A stretch of DNA of 64,000 nucleotides, taken from NCBI GenBank assembly GCA_964371255.1, contig CAYJKV010000003.1:86901-150900 (forward strand). The letters are read 5' to 3'. The stretch is from an uncultured Candidatus Saccharibacteria bacterium (lineage in GTDB: Bacteria; Patescibacteriota; Andersenbacteria; UBA10190). A program made the translations under genes and the position numbers. Numbering within the stretch: the stretch's first letter is position 1; each line of letters begins with the position of its first letter. Below are positions 51,346 to 62,006 of this stretch, piece by piece. The notes under the pieces were generated by a model that worked only from the letters and a program-made list of their open reading frames with translations, was not told the DNA's origin and ran no database searches.

Positions 51346-53232
51346 ATGCTCGCAATCTCACAAAGGCTTTGGCTATTGAATGCAATCTGCTTATTCATAC
51401 TAGCTATTTTAATTGTCCGCTTAATTGACCTGCAGGTGATTAGGAGCGGATATTTCACCGCTATCGCTACCGGTCAACGCCAAAGAGCGGCCGAACTTGC
51501 CCCTAGTCGCGGCACCATTTATTTGCAGGAACACAATAGCGGCGAATTATTCCCGGTCGCCGTCAATAACAAGAGCTGGATTGCGTATGCTGTCCCGCGC
51601 GATATGGCCGACCCATTGCAGGTAGCCGAAGAATTGGCACCGGCCTTACTCCAATTTCGCGAGCGCCAGCAACAACAGGTTTCATCGATCCTGACGGATA
51701 CGGGCCAGGTTTCTAACCCAGCGCCTGATGTGCCTGATCAGCCTAGTTACGATGATCGCTTGGCCACTCTGCGGGATGAGCTTTATCGCAAGTTTAATCA
51801 GCACGCTGATCCCTACGAACCATTTTTAAAATTCTACGAATATTTAGATGAGGAATTCTATAACTATTTGTCCGAACATGATTTCGCCGGTATCAGATTG
51901 GAGGAAACTACCTCCCGTATTTATCCGGAAAAATCATTGGCGGCTCATGCCCTGGGCTATGTTGGCTGGCTAGATGATAAAAAGATTGGCCGCTATGGTA
52001 TTGAAGGCAACTTCGAATCGTCACTGGCTGGCGATCTCGGTTTCTTTAGTATGGAACACGATACCGCTGGGCAATACATCGGTGTCGGGTCCCGGCAGTT
52101 TGAACCGGCCACGGATGGGGAAAGCATTGTTCTCACCCTGGACCGTGTGATTCAGTCGGCGATAGAGGACGAGCTTAAAGATGGAGTAACCCGTTACGGG
52201 GCTGAACGCGGCAGCGTCATTGTTATGAATCCTCGCACCGGCGCTATTTTAGGCATGGCTACCTATCCCACCTATGATCCTAATTATTATTACGCTATCA
52301 ACGACGCGAAAGTCCAGCTTAATCCGATCATCTCTGACATCTTTGAGCCGGGCTCCGTGCTCAAGCCCGTTGTTATGTCAGCGGCTATTGAGGAAGGATT
52401 AGTCACGCCGCAAACAACTTTCAACGATACCGGACCTGTCAAAGTTGCGAAATATACTATTAATACTTTTGATGGCCAACATCACGGCGTTCAAACCATG
52501 ACGCAGGTACTGGAAAAATCCAACAACATTGGTATGGTCTGGGTTGGACAACAGCTGGGCGCTGAAACAATGTACGACTATTTACGGCGCTTTGGTTTAG
52601 GAGAAAAAACCGGTGTTGAATTAGAAGGCGAAACGCAAAATACCCTTAAAGACCCAGACCAATGGAACGTCGCGACGGTGGCTACCTCTTCTTTCGGCCA
52701 GGGAGTCGCCCTCACCCCGCTGCAAATATTGAACGCCATCAATGTTATCGCCAACGACGGTACGCTCATGCAACCCTATATCGTCTCGCGTCGTCAGCCG
52801 AGCCAGGGTGAAGCGGAAGAAACGATACCGGCTCAAGTGCGCCACGTCATTTCTCCCGCGACTGCCGGTGATGTCTCCGCCATGATGGTCAGCGTCATCG
52901 AAAACGGTGTCGCCACGTTAGCTCGGGTACCCGGCTATTATCTGGCCGGCAAAACCGGTACCGCTCAAGTCCCTGATGAGACAGGCGCCTATTCGCCGGA
53001 TCGTAAAATCATTTCCTTTGTCGGTTTTGGGCCGATCGATCATCCACAATTTTCCATTATGATCAAACTAGATAATCCATCCGGGCTTTCATTCGCCTCC
53101 GGTACCGCCGCCCCGATGTTTAGGCACATCGCGGAAAAAATCATTAACTATTTACAAATCCCGCCGGATTATGACCCCACCAAGCAACCGCCCAAGTTTG
53201 AAGTCGGGGACAATAATCAAGTTGGTGCCTAG
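51346..53232 (+). CDS. class B penicillin-binding protein (FtsI-like)
   Basis: EPGSVLK, SNN, KTGTAQ. Confidence 0.92.
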   Translation: MLAISQRLWLLNAICLFILAILIVRLIDLQVIRSGYFTAIATGQRQRAAELAPSRGTIYLQEHNSGELFPVAVNNKSWIAYAVPRDMADPLQVAEELAPALLQFRERQQQQVSSILTDTGQVSNPAPDVPDQPSYDDRLATLRDELYRKFNQHADPYEPFLKFYEYLDEEFYNYLSEHDFAGIRLEETTSRIYPEKSLAAHALGYVGWLDDKKIGRYGIEGNFESSLAGDLGFFSMEHDTAGQYIGVGSRQFEPATDGESIVLTLDRVIQSAIEDELKDGVTRYGAERGSVIVMNPRTGAILGMATYPTYDPNYYYAINDAKVQLNPIISDIFEPGSVLKPVVMSAAIEEGLVTPQTTFNDTGPVKVAKYTINTFDGQHHGVQTMTQVLEKSNNIGMVWVGQQLGAETMYDYLRRFGLGEKTGVELEGETQNTLKDPDQWNVATVATSSFGQGVALTPLQILNAINVIANDGTLMQPYIVSRRQPSQGEAEETIPAQVRHVISPATAGDVSAMMVSVIENGVATLARVPGYYLAGKTGTAQVPDETGAYSPDRKIISFVGFGPIDHPQFSIMIKLDNPSGLSFASGTAAPMFRHIAEKIINYLQIPPDYDPTKQPPKFEVGDNNQVGA

Positions 53233-53300
53233 ACCTTGTGGGTCGATTTTGAAAGCCATTTTTATACTGACGCTTTTCGAGATAAACTAATCGCACAGCT

Positions 53301-54542
53301 ATGCTAAAAAAAATTGGCCAGACCATCCTATGGCTGCGCGCTAAGGATTATTTACAGCGTTATCACCTGCCATTGATTGGTGTTGCTGGGAGCACGGACA
53401 GAGGTGTCGCGACGGCAGCCATCGCCGCTGTCTTTTCCACCACCTATCGCGTCCGCCATTCTCCCTTGGGAGCCAACACGCGCGCCGGTATCGCCTCCTC
53501 TATTCTGGGCATTGCCGCTACCCGCGCCAGGCAACCATGGTATCAGTCATTACCCCGCAGTAAGGCTAAGGAGCTTACCGATTATGAACCCGATGTCATC
53601 GTTTTAGAATTGGGCGCCAGCCGTCCGGGCGATATTGATTATGCAGCCACTCACCTGCCTTTTCAGGGAGCAGTGGTCACCAACGTCCATTCCTCCCACC
53701 TGGACCTCTTCGCTAGTCAAGAGTTAGTAGCACACGAACTGGCGTCCCTGGTCGTCTCTACAGCCCGCAGTGGTTTTGTCGTGCTCAATGTCGATGATCC
53801 GTTAGTGCGTGATATGCAGACCAAGAGCCAGGCTCGCGTCATTACTTATGGGACATCAGCTGACGCGACTGTTCGCCTACTGCACACCAGATCTCGTGGT
53901 CGCATTGGCGTTGCCTGCGCTGTTAACATTGCCGGACATATTTATGAACTTCATTTCCCCAACATCGTCTCTGAATATCAAATTCCTTCCCTTATCAGTT
54001 CGTTAGCGGTCGCTTATGCCATGGGTATCAACTTATCTAAAGCTATCAACGCCATCCAGCCCCTCCAACCAACACCTGGCCATATGAGATTCCTGGCCGG
54101 GCACAATCATGCGGTTTTGCTTGATGACAGCTATGATGCGTCCCCGGAGAGCACCCACACGGCCCTGCAAACGCTCCGCTCATATCCGGCGACAAGAAAA
54201 ATTGCTATTCTTGGCGATGTTTTGGATCTGGGAACGCAAACCATTACTTCCCATCAGCAAATTGGACATACGGTCGCGGGAGTTGCCAATATCTTTGTCG
54301 CGGTCGGCAGCCACATGCGACACGCCGGGGCAGCGGCTCTCCGTCACGGCTCCGGCAACCAGGGACAGAACAGTCTGGATATTCACTATTTTTCCTCCAG
54401 TCGCGATGTCGGCAAGTGGTTGCGCGATTTTCTGCATCCAGACGATGTTGTACTGATTAAGGGCTCTCGAGCTATGCGCATGGAAGAAGTCACCCGTCGC
54501 CTCCTAAGCAAGCCCGCCGACGAATCACAATTAGTACCATAA
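53301..54542 (+). CDS. MurF-like ligase with degenerate P-loop
   Basis: VLELGA..PGDI, DDSYDASP, LGDVLDLG, KGSR; P-loop reads GSTDRG. Confidence 0.8.
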   Translation: MLKKIGQTILWLRAKDYLQRYHLPLIGVAGSTDRGVATAAIAAVFSTTYRVRHSPLGANTRAGIASSILGIAATRARQPWYQSLPRSKAKELTDYEPDVIVLELGASRPGDIDYAATHLPFQGAVVTNVHSSHLDLFASQELVAHELASLVVSTARSGFVVLNVDDPLVRDMQTKSQARVITYGTSADATVRLLHTRSRGRIGVACAVNIAGHIYELHFPNIVSEYQIPSLISSLAVAYAMGINLSKAINAIQPLQPTPGHMRFLAGHNHAVLLDDSYDASPESTHTALQTLRSYPATRKIAILGDVLDLGTQTITSHQQIGHTVAGVANIFVAVGSHMRHAGAAALRHGSGNQGQNSLDIHYFSSSRDVGKWLRDFLHPDDVVLIKGSRAMRMEEVTRRLLSKPADESQLVP

Positions 54543-54658
54543 AACCTCTCGTCAGTGGCCGCAGATCAAAGACCGTTAACCTTTCCATCAAATTCTGATT
54601 TTCTAACTTCTGTCTTGTTATTTTACGCTTTTCGCTTTACTCTTTACATTTAATTAAT

Positions 54659-54730
54659 GGCCTCTTCGTCTAGCGGCTAGGACATCAGGTTCTCATCCTG
54701 GAAACAGGGGTTCGATTCCCCTAGAGGCTA
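54659..54730 (+). tRNA. tRNA-Glu(CTC)
   Basis: TCAGG-TT-CTC-AT-CCTGG anticodon arm; AGGGG-TTCGATT-CCCCT T arm. Confidence 0.93.
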
Positions 54731-55340
54731 CAAGCATTAATGAATACACACCGTCATTTGATGGTGTGTATTCATTATGGCCGAAGGCTATTTGGGGAAT
54801 CGAAGGGTATTCTAAAAACGTAAACTGCTTTACGTTTTTAGAAACCCGGGCTTCGGGGGAGTAAAATTGCCTCGAGCGCAGCGAGTGCAATTTTGCGGGG
54901 GAGAAGGATTCCCCTAGAGGCTACATCAAAAATACCTCCGCTTGCGGGGGTATTTTATGATGTTTTCTTAAGAATGAATCGAACGGTATTTCGAGAAGAT
55001 GAACTACTTTATCTTCGAGAAAACCGTGGCTGCGAAGCCTGCCTGCCGGCAGGCAGGGAGGAGTGAGTAATGTACCGTAGGTACGAAGCGAACGACGGAG
55101 GAGCAGGATTCCCCTAGAGGCTGCCAGCCTAAACAATAGACCGCTCTCATTTGAGAGTGGTTTATTGTTATGCACACAGTGCATCCGGGGAATCGAAGGG
55201 TATTCCAAAAACGTAAATAGTTTTACGTTTTTAGAAACCCAGGCTCCGCAGGAGGAGCGCAGCATCGAACGAATGTGAGCGCTGCGCGACGGGTGAAGAG
55301 AATTCCCCTAGAGGCTACTAGACAATAGACCGCTCTCAGT
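54714..55340 (+). repeat. tandem array of three ~195-bp structured units delimited by tRNA-Glu 3'-end copies
   Basis: (G/A)ATTCCCCTAGAGGCT(A/G)C at 54714, 54907, 55107 and 55301. Confidence 0.9.
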
Positions 55341-55438
55341 ACTGTCTGCCCGCATCACAAACACCATTAAAGATCCACCTTTGCGCATCTTTTGCTCCTG
55401 CGTTTCACCAAATCTGCTTTTCATAATAGAATTAGAAG

Positions 55439-56254
55439 ATGAGAAGCAAAGTAGGCAAGAGGGGATTCACTTTAATTGAAGTCTTGGTTGTTATAGCAAT
55501 TATAGGTATTCTCGCGATCATTGTTTTAATAACTATCAGCACGCTGCGGGAAAAAGCCAGGTTGTCCAACTTGCTTAATCATCAAGGGCAAGTCGGTCAT
55601 CAGTTGGGTGCATATGCTTCGGGCATCTGGGAGATGGATGAAGGTTCAGGCCTGTCTGTAATGAACGGTTCGGAGAATCAATTCGCTGGTGCGCTAAGTG
55701 ATGTTACTTGGGTTGAAGATACGCCGGAAGGGAAAGGATACTCCTTAGAATTCAACGGTATGGACGGGGAAGTTATCCTGTCGCCAAGCGATCAACTGTT
55801 AAGCAATGCCAACGAACGATGGACAATTACTGCCTGGTTCAAACCATATTCAATCTCCTCCTCCCTAATTTTTGACCGGATCATTACGATCGGTAGAAAG
55901 AGTACTCCAGGTACTGCCGTTTCCTTACTGCTAGGTGATAGTAATAAACTCATTGTCCGGTATTACAGCGTAGCTGGTGTTGATGGTAACGAAAATTATT
56001 TCCCGGTAGGAGAAGTTTCTTTAAACCAATGGCATTTTGCCAGACTGTCTTATGACAATGGCGTTTTTGAGGCGTGGCTGGATAACGAGCGAGTGATTGT
56101 GGATGATCCGGCTGACTTTCCGACAACTGAAGATTTATATGTCATCGACCGGGGTACGTATAGTGCCATTCTTGGCTCGTGGTCGCCTGTCGATAACCAC
56201 GATCAGCACTTCCATGGCCTCATCGACGAGGTGCAAATTTATACGAATTATTGA
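55439..56254 (+). CDS. type IV pilin-like protein with LamG domain
   Basis: RG|FTLIEVLVV prepilin site; SLEFNG, WTITAW, FHGLIDEVQIY. Confidence 0.88.
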   Translation: MRSKVGKRGFTLIEVLVVIAIIGILAIIVLITISTLREKARLSNLLNHQGQVGHQLGAYASGIWEMDEGSGLSVMNGSENQFAGALSDVTWVEDTPEGKGYSLEFNGMDGEVILSPSDQLLSNANERWTITAWFKPYSISSSLIFDRIITIGRKSTPGTAVSLLLGDSNKLIVRYYSVAGVDGNENYFPVGEVSLNQWHFARLSYDNGVFEAWLDNERVIVDDPADFPTTEDLYVIDRGTYSAILGSWSPVDNHDQHFHGLIDEVQIYTNY

Positions 56255-56597
56255 AGACCTAAATTTCGCAATTTAGAAGAGCGTTCCCCCTGTTTGTATT
56301 TTATGTAGCGCTCACTACTAATAAATAATAGTCATACCACCATCTGTCGAATCGGGTATTCTCGTCAATTTTAATCCCATTATCCTCGCGCCAGTTACTT
56401 ACTGGACTGGCCTCGCGATCATTAACCCGCTGATTGGTCATCACTACGTCATGCCCTTGATTAGCCGCGGCTTTCCAGTGTGGCTGGGGAGAGATATCTT
56501 GAAAAATTCATAGACCCCCCGATCAAACCAATTGACTTATACTCCTAATAAATTTGAGCCATTTTTGCCCGTGCTGCCAAAGAAATATATTTCACAC

Positions 56598-56629
56598 AAA
56601 AAGAGGGCGCTAAATAGCGCCCTCTTTTT
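56598..56629. terminator. bidirectional terminator
   Basis: AAAAAGAGGGCGCT...AGCGCCCTCTTTTT. Confidence 0.75.
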
Positions 56630-56644
56630 CTGTGTTACAAACAA

Positions 56645-56911
56645 TTAGCCTCTGTGCTTTCCGAAACAGTCCCGGCAGTATACCGGTCTGTCACCTGTTG
56701 GCTGGAACGGAACTTTTGCCGATCCTCCACAATCCGCACAGGTGGCATCGTACATCTGTCGATCTCCACCGCGTGAGCCGTGTTGTTTCTTGAAACAGTC
56801 GTTACAGTATACCGGTCGGTCACCCGACGGTTGGAAAGGAACTTTTGCGTCCTTGCCACACTCGGCACACTTTACGTCAAACATTTGACGTTCCTCGTTA
56901 AAATCTCGCAT
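56645..56911 (-). CDS. tandem CxxC-x17-CxxC zinc-ribbon protein
   Basis: Two CA.CG..AKVPFQP.GDRPVYC.DCF repeats; AGGAGG SD. Confidence 0.9.
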   Translation of the reverse strand: MRDFNEERQMFDVKCAECGKDAKVPFQPSGDRPVYCNDCFKKQHGSRGGDRQMYDATCADCGGSAKVPFQPTGDRPVYCRDCFGKHRG

Positions 56912-57145
56912 TGATAATCTCCTCCTTTCGTGTTAGTCCCTGACGGGACCCTAAATCGAGGTCTTCGCACTCCTTTAAGTCGACGCTCGATTTAACACAA
57001 AAGGTCTCTCTACACGTCTCCTGCGAGGAACGTTTCCCTCAGTCCAAATCTTGCCATATATAACTCATTATTGTCAACTCTATTGTGATGAATAGTAATT
57101 CTCCCTAAACTTAAGTAATTAATTAACATTTATCACCTTTTTTCT

Positions 57146-57763
57146 ATGAAATTTACTTTGCCGAAACTGACCTTCGCGTATGACGACCTGGAACCTTATT
57201 TTGATGCCCGCACGATGGAGTTACACCACACGAAACATCACCAGGCATATACCGACAAACTTAATGACGCCGTCTCCAAGCATCCGGAATTGCCGGACCA
57301 ATCAGGCGAGGAATTATTAATGAATTTAAGCGCTTTACCTGCCGATATCAGATCCGTGGTGCAGAATCAGGGCGGAGGCTACGTTAATCACAACTTTTTT
57401 TGGGACATATTATCTCCAGAAAAAAAGAGTATTCCCGACTCTGACCTCAAAAAGGAAATCGTCGCCAAATTTGGCAGCTTTGACCGTTTTACAGCTGACT
57501 TTACCGCGCAAGCGGCTGCTCATTTCGGCAGCGGTTGGTCTTGGCTGGTGGTTGATGGAGACGATCAATTACAGCTTATTACTACGATGAATCAGGACAG
57601 TCCGCTAAGCTTAGGCCATGCACCAATCTTGGCTTTGGATCTTTGGGAACACGCCTATTATCTTAAATACCAAAATCGGCGGCCGGAATATATCACTGCT
57701 TGGTGGTCGATTGTTAATTGGCCGTCGGTAATCGCCAAGTACAATCAAGCGCTTAAACACTGA
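57146..57763 (+). CDS. Mn/Fe superoxide dismutase
   Basis: HHTKHH, FGSGW, DLWEHAYY. Confidence 0.95.
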   Translation: MKFTLPKLTFAYDDLEPYFDARTMELHHTKHHQAYTDKLNDAVSKHPELPDQSGEELLMNLSALPADIRSVVQNQGGGYVNHNFFWDILSPEKKSIPDSDLKKEIVAKFGSFDRFTADFTAQAAAHFGSGWSWLVVDGDDQLQLITTMNQDSPLSLGHAPILALDLWEHAYYLKYQNRRPEYITAWWSIVNWPSVIAKYNQALKH

Positions 57764-57868
57764 CTTGGATTGTCTTACCTATCCGTAAAGATTAGTCATA
57801 GACTGTATAAAATGCTCACCTAAAAGTTGGGACTAGCTAAATCGTCAGATTTTGGCTATTTTAACTTC

Positions 57869-59416
57869 ATGCAGCTGCGCGAAGATGTCAAAAATTTAAT
57901 TACCTATTTTCAGGTGCCTGCCGTTGAACCGGCGCCGGAGAGCCTGATTGAAGTATCATCGGCCACTAAACGCATCGCGTTTGCCTATGAACGTTTTCGC
58001 AATACTCTGGAACCAGACGAAGAAGAACTTCTGCGCCGCAAAGCCATTTTGCGCATTCTCGAACGGCGCCTCTTTGAGGATCGATCCCCGGTGACCATCG
58101 CCACCACGTTATTACAGGAACTCATCCGCGCCAACTATATTAAGAATTCCCCTAAATCCTACGCCCAACAAATCGGTCACATCCTACGCAAAGCGAAACA
58201 AATTTACACCGCGCTTTCCCCGGTTAATGCGGAGTGGTTCTTGCGCTTGGTCGCTGTAGCCATCGACCATCATCTGTATCCGCCTGATCGCCAGGAGGCC
58301 TTGGTCCATCTCATGTATCATGACACATTTCCCCGGATTGCCTGGACGGACAATTTCGTCACGGAAGTCGACCGGCCAACCCAGCTCTATCTGGCCTGTC
58401 ACCGCGCTCTCTTTGCCGCCGATAATAGCGAGCTGGCCTATCATTATTTTGTGCATCACTTTCCCGAGTGGCAGCAGGATGAATTTGACATTGCGCAAGT
58501 CGATCACATCGCCAAAAACATTCCCCAATTCCATAACTTTATCACTAACGCCCTCGAGCATCCTGCCTGTGACCGACTAACCCGTTTGTTGCGCCCCATT
58601 GCTGTCCCGTATCTGACGCTGCGCGACATGGTGACGGAGCGGGGAGAAAGCGTTTTTGATTCAGAGCAACTCTTCACCGAAGCCGCCCAGGAAGCGGTCA
58701 CCCATCGCACAAAAAAAACCCGTAGTCGGATCAGCCGGCGTGCCTGGCATAGCATCCTATTTTTATTCATGACTAAGACTCTTTTGGCCTTATTGCTGGA
58801 AGTGCCCTATGAGAAATATCTGATTGGCCAGATCCATTATCTATCCTTGGCCGCCAACATTACTTTCCACCCTTTGCTCCTCTTTGCCCTCGCGACCAGT
58901 GTCCGCCTGCCCGGACAACGCAACACCGAACGCGTCATTGAACAATTACGCAAGATAGTCTTGGGAGAAGGGGAACTGCCCACGGTTATGATTAGTGCTC
59001 CTCGTCGTTATGGCACGACAACCTGGTCCGCCTTCGCGATCTTTTATGCCCTTCTATTTATCGTGATCTTTTGGGGTTTATTCACCTTGCTTGATCGGCT
59101 CGAGTTCTCGCTCCTAGCCATGTTTTTCTTTGTGATCTTCTTGGGTTTAGTTAGTTTCTTAGCTACTCGCATCCGCCGGTCAGCGGATGAACTGCGTATT
59201 ATTTATAAGGGTGAAACAATTTTCTCGGCCATGACCAGCTTTTTCGCTCTGCCCATTCTAGAGTTTGGCCGCTGGTTAGCCCAAAACATCCGCCAGCTGA
59301 ATGTCGTGCTGTTTCTAATGGATCGGGTTTTGGAAGCGCCCTTCAAGATTTTAATCGATATCACTGAAGAGTGGTTTGATTTCATTCACGACCGTCGCGA
59401 AGAAATAGTTAAATAA
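57869..59416 (+). CDS. hypothetical membrane protein
   Basis: Long ORF with C-terminal TMs. Confidence 0.7.
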   Translation: MQLREDVKNLITYFQVPAVEPAPESLIEVSSATKRIAFAYERFRNTLEPDEEELLRRKAILRILERRLFEDRSPVTIATTLLQELIRANYIKNSPKSYAQQIGHILRKAKQIYTALSPVNAEWFLRLVAVAIDHHLYPPDRQEALVHLMYHDTFPRIAWTDNFVTEVDRPTQLYLACHRALFAADNSELAYHYFVHHFPEWQQDEFDIAQVDHIAKNIPQFHNFITNALEHPACDRLTRLLRPIAVPYLTLRDMVTERGESVFDSEQLFTEAAQEAVTHRTKKTRSRISRRAWHSILFLFMTKTLLALLLEVPYEKYLIGQIHYLSLAANITFHPLLLFALATSVRLPGQRNTERVIEQLRKIVLGEGELPTVMISAPRRYGTTTWSAFAIFYALLFIVIFWGLFTLLDRLEFSLLAMFFFVIFLGLVSFLATRIRRSADELRIIYKGETIFSAMTSFFALPILEFGRWLAQNIRQLNVVLFLMDRVLEAPFKILIDITEEWFDFIHDRREEIVK

Positions 59417-59512
59417 TTTTTGCCGTGTCGGTGATAATCTGCGGCGTCCTCGACCTGGCTGTGCCAAAGTTACTGTTGCCTATTCATGTAAATTTCCATA
59501 TTCTCATAAGCT

Positions 59513-60364
59513 ATGAGTAAACGCGTCATTTTTCGGATCATTTTAGCTGTCCTGGTTTTATTGGTTGGCAGCCTCGCGGTTTATTGGACTCGCCCAAGCC
59601 GTGTTGTGGAGGACGCCTTGGCTAAACTGTCCGCCTCAGATACACAGCGTTTTTACTCGACAATCTCCGTCACTAATCCTGCCGCCTCCATCGATATTCT
59701 AGGCGAAAAAGCGTCCATCGATTTGTTAATCAACGGTCAGTTCAAGCGCGAGGCCGATCGGCGGGATAGTTTGGACGCCACCATCCAATTGACTACTAAA
59801 ACGGAAACCTTAACCATGTTAATTGAAGCCAACACTCGTTTTATCGGTGACCAGGCTTTTTTCCAAATAACTAAAGCGCCGCCATCGCTGCCAGTTCTCG
59901 CGCAATTAAAAAATATCTGGATCGAGTTACCACGCGGCACTCAACAGTCGCCGTCCACTTTGCCGGATCCTGAAACCACTTTTATTGACGTTAAATCGGG
60001 TTCTCGTGAGGACCTGGATGGAACCACTGTGAAAATATACCACGCCACCGCCACCTCAGCGGCAGTCATTAGAATGATGGACGCTATTGCCCAGGTCTTA
60101 GGTACACACTTAACTGCTGAACAAATTACTAACATCCAGCAGGGGATTGCCAACGCGGAAACTGTGCCGATCGAACTGGCCATCACCCCTTGGACCAACG
60201 AAATCCGCCGCATTTCATTAAATACCACTGTTCCTGGTAGCAATAACAACATGAGTATTGAGCTAAAATTTATCGATCGCAACGCACCCGTAGAGATTGC
60301 TGCACCCGCTGACGCTAAAAAAATTAGCGATATCGCCGGTGCCTCCAACACTAATAACGAATAA
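59513..60364 (+). CDS. membrane-anchored LppX/LolA-like hypothetical protein
   Basis: N-terminal TM, beta-rich, C-terminal N.PVEI.AP. Confidence 0.55.
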   Translation: MSKRVIFRIILAVLVLLVGSLAVYWTRPSRVVEDALAKLSASDTQRFYSTISVTNPAASIDILGEKASIDLLINGQFKREADRRDSLDATIQLTTKTETLTMLIEANTRFIGDQAFFQITKAPPSLPVLAQLKNIWIELPRGTQQSPSTLPDPETTFIDVKSGSREDLDGTTVKIYHATATSAAVIRMMDAIAQVLGTHLTAEQITNIQQGIANAETVPIELAITPWTNEIRRISLNTTVPGSNNNMSIELKFIDRNAPVEIAAPADAKKISDIAGASNTNNE

Positions 60365-60427
60365 TTACTCTTCCGACCTTCCCACCCACCCCCTGTTTCT
60401 TTGCGTGAGCGCGTATATAATACAAAG

Positions 60428-61495
60428 GTGCTGCTAGAAATTGTTATTCTAATCCTTGGTTTATCGCTCGGTTTAATAGTTGCCTGGCTGTCTTTACGAC
60501 GCCAACCGCCTGCTGATGCGAGTTTCCATCAATTAGAACAAACCTTGGCCGCCCGCTTAGACAGCGTTACTAAACATATTGAACAGCGATTATCAGATAA
60601 CGTTCATGCTATTAACGAATCGAAAAGCTTTATTACTAGTCAGTTGAATAATAGTGAACGGACTGCTCGTGACGTCAGTGCCGGTTTAGGCAAACTCGAA
60701 CTGGCGACCGCGGCGCTGCAGCGCACTAACCAGGAAATTTCCTCTTTCCAAAATATGCTCAAACACCCTAAGATCAGGGGCGGTTTTGGGGAGGTATTGT
60801 TAGCTAATCTGTTGGCCGACGTCTTGCCGCATGATCGCTATCATCTTCAATACACCTTTCCGGCGGCGGGGGATATAGCTGACGCCGTTATCTTATTGCA
60901 AGATGGCTACAAAGTAGCCGTCGACGCCAAATTCCCTCTAGCCAATTACCAATTAATGATCGCGGCTGAAGATCGTATCGAGAAAAAGAATATGCGGCGC
61001 GCCTTTTTCCGTGATATTAAAAAACACATTCATGACATCTCTACGAAATATATTGTTCCGCAGGCCAAAACCCTCGATTATGCCTTTATGTACATACCGG
61101 TCGAAGCTGTCTATTACGAAACCATGATCCATGAACATGCCGAAGAAACTCTCTGGGAATATTGCTTGCAGCATAAAGTTATTCCGGTTTCACCCAATAG
61201 CCTTTTAGCCTATCTGCAAACTGTCTTAATCGGCTTGCGGGGGATGAAAGTTGAACAGCAAGCCAAGGAAATCTTGGCACACTTGGGACAAATTCGCCAG
61301 GATTTTGGTCAATTCACCAAGGACTTCTCGATGATCGGCAGTCATTTAAACAACGCCAAAAATCGCTACGAAGATTCCGCTCGCCGTCTTGATAAGTTTA
61401 GTAACCGTCTCGAGCACATTGAGTCAGTCGGGGACAGTCCCTTACCCGCCAGATCGTCGCCATCATCCATTGAGCCTGGAAATCCAATTTCATAA
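60428..61495 (+). CDS. rmuC: DNA recombination protein RmuC
   Basis: RGGFGE, VDAKFPL, DISTKYI, FMYIP.EAVY; GTG start. Confidence 0.92.
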   Translation: MLLEIVILILGLSLGLIVAWLSLRRQPPADASFHQLEQTLAARLDSVTKHIEQRLSDNVHAINESKSFITSQLNNSERTARDVSAGLGKLELATAALQRTNQEISSFQNMLKHPKIRGGFGEVLLANLLADVLPHDRYHLQYTFPAAGDIADAVILLQDGYKVAVDAKFPLANYQLMIAAEDRIEKKNMRRAFFRDIKKHIHDISTKYIVPQAKTLDYAFMYIPVEAVYYETMIHEHAEETLWEYCLQHKVIPVSPNSLLAYLQTVLIGLRGMKVEQQAKEILAHLGQIRQDFGQFTKDFSMIGSHLNNAKNRYEDSARRLDKFSNRLEHIESVGDSPLPARSSPSSIEPGNPIS

Positions 61496-61637
61496 TCAGA
61501 CAGACCAATTAAATTTATTCGGCTATGTTTGTCCGCCCATTTTGTACCATAAAATCAATTGACATACAGCTTGTCATGTATTAACCTGCATATCTGGCAA
61601 CAAAAGGATCGTACCTTCAGCATACGGAGTTCACGTC

Positions 61638-61964
61638 ATGTTAGAAGCTCTTGCTTCGCTCCTTGTCCTATTTATCGTTCTTTGCGGCTTGAGTGTTGTT
61701 GTGTCACCCATGATGGGTCGTCACCTTGATCCGTTTTTCCTGTCACGTCCTGTTGGACGATGGGCTATACGGCTTCCTGCCCGTACCTGTCGCGGCACGT
61801 CTCGGATTTTTAACCGATGGTCACGACAAGCCTGGCTTCATGGTAACCGCACACAGTCGCTGTTTCTGAAGATATTCCTTTACTTATCTTCGGCCACTCT
61901 TGGCACAATCGGTTTGCTGCTTACCATTCCAGCCGAACTCTTGGGCGACCTGCCTAAACTATAA
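61638..61964 (+). CDS. small membrane protein
   Basis: GGAG SD, upstream TTGACA, downstream terminator. Confidence 0.55.
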   Translation: MLEALASLLVLFIVLCGLSVVVSPMMGRHLDPFFLSRPVGRWAIRLPARTCRGTSRIFNRWSRQAWLHGNRTQSLFLKIFLYLSSATLGTIGLLLTIPAELLGDLPKL

Positions 61965-62006
61965 ACACCGCCATTCTCACCCCATAGCATTTTTGCCTTG
62001 GGGTTT

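Noticed and set aside
54714-55340. CRISPR array
   Set aside because: The repeat is a tRNA 3' end, the spacers are ~175-182 nt and related to each other, and no cas genes are present
56331-56339. Third family A MITE end (GTCATACCA)
   Set aside because: No matching right end or internal similarity
56645-56911. DNA tandem repeat element
   Set aside because: Explained by a duplicated protein domain
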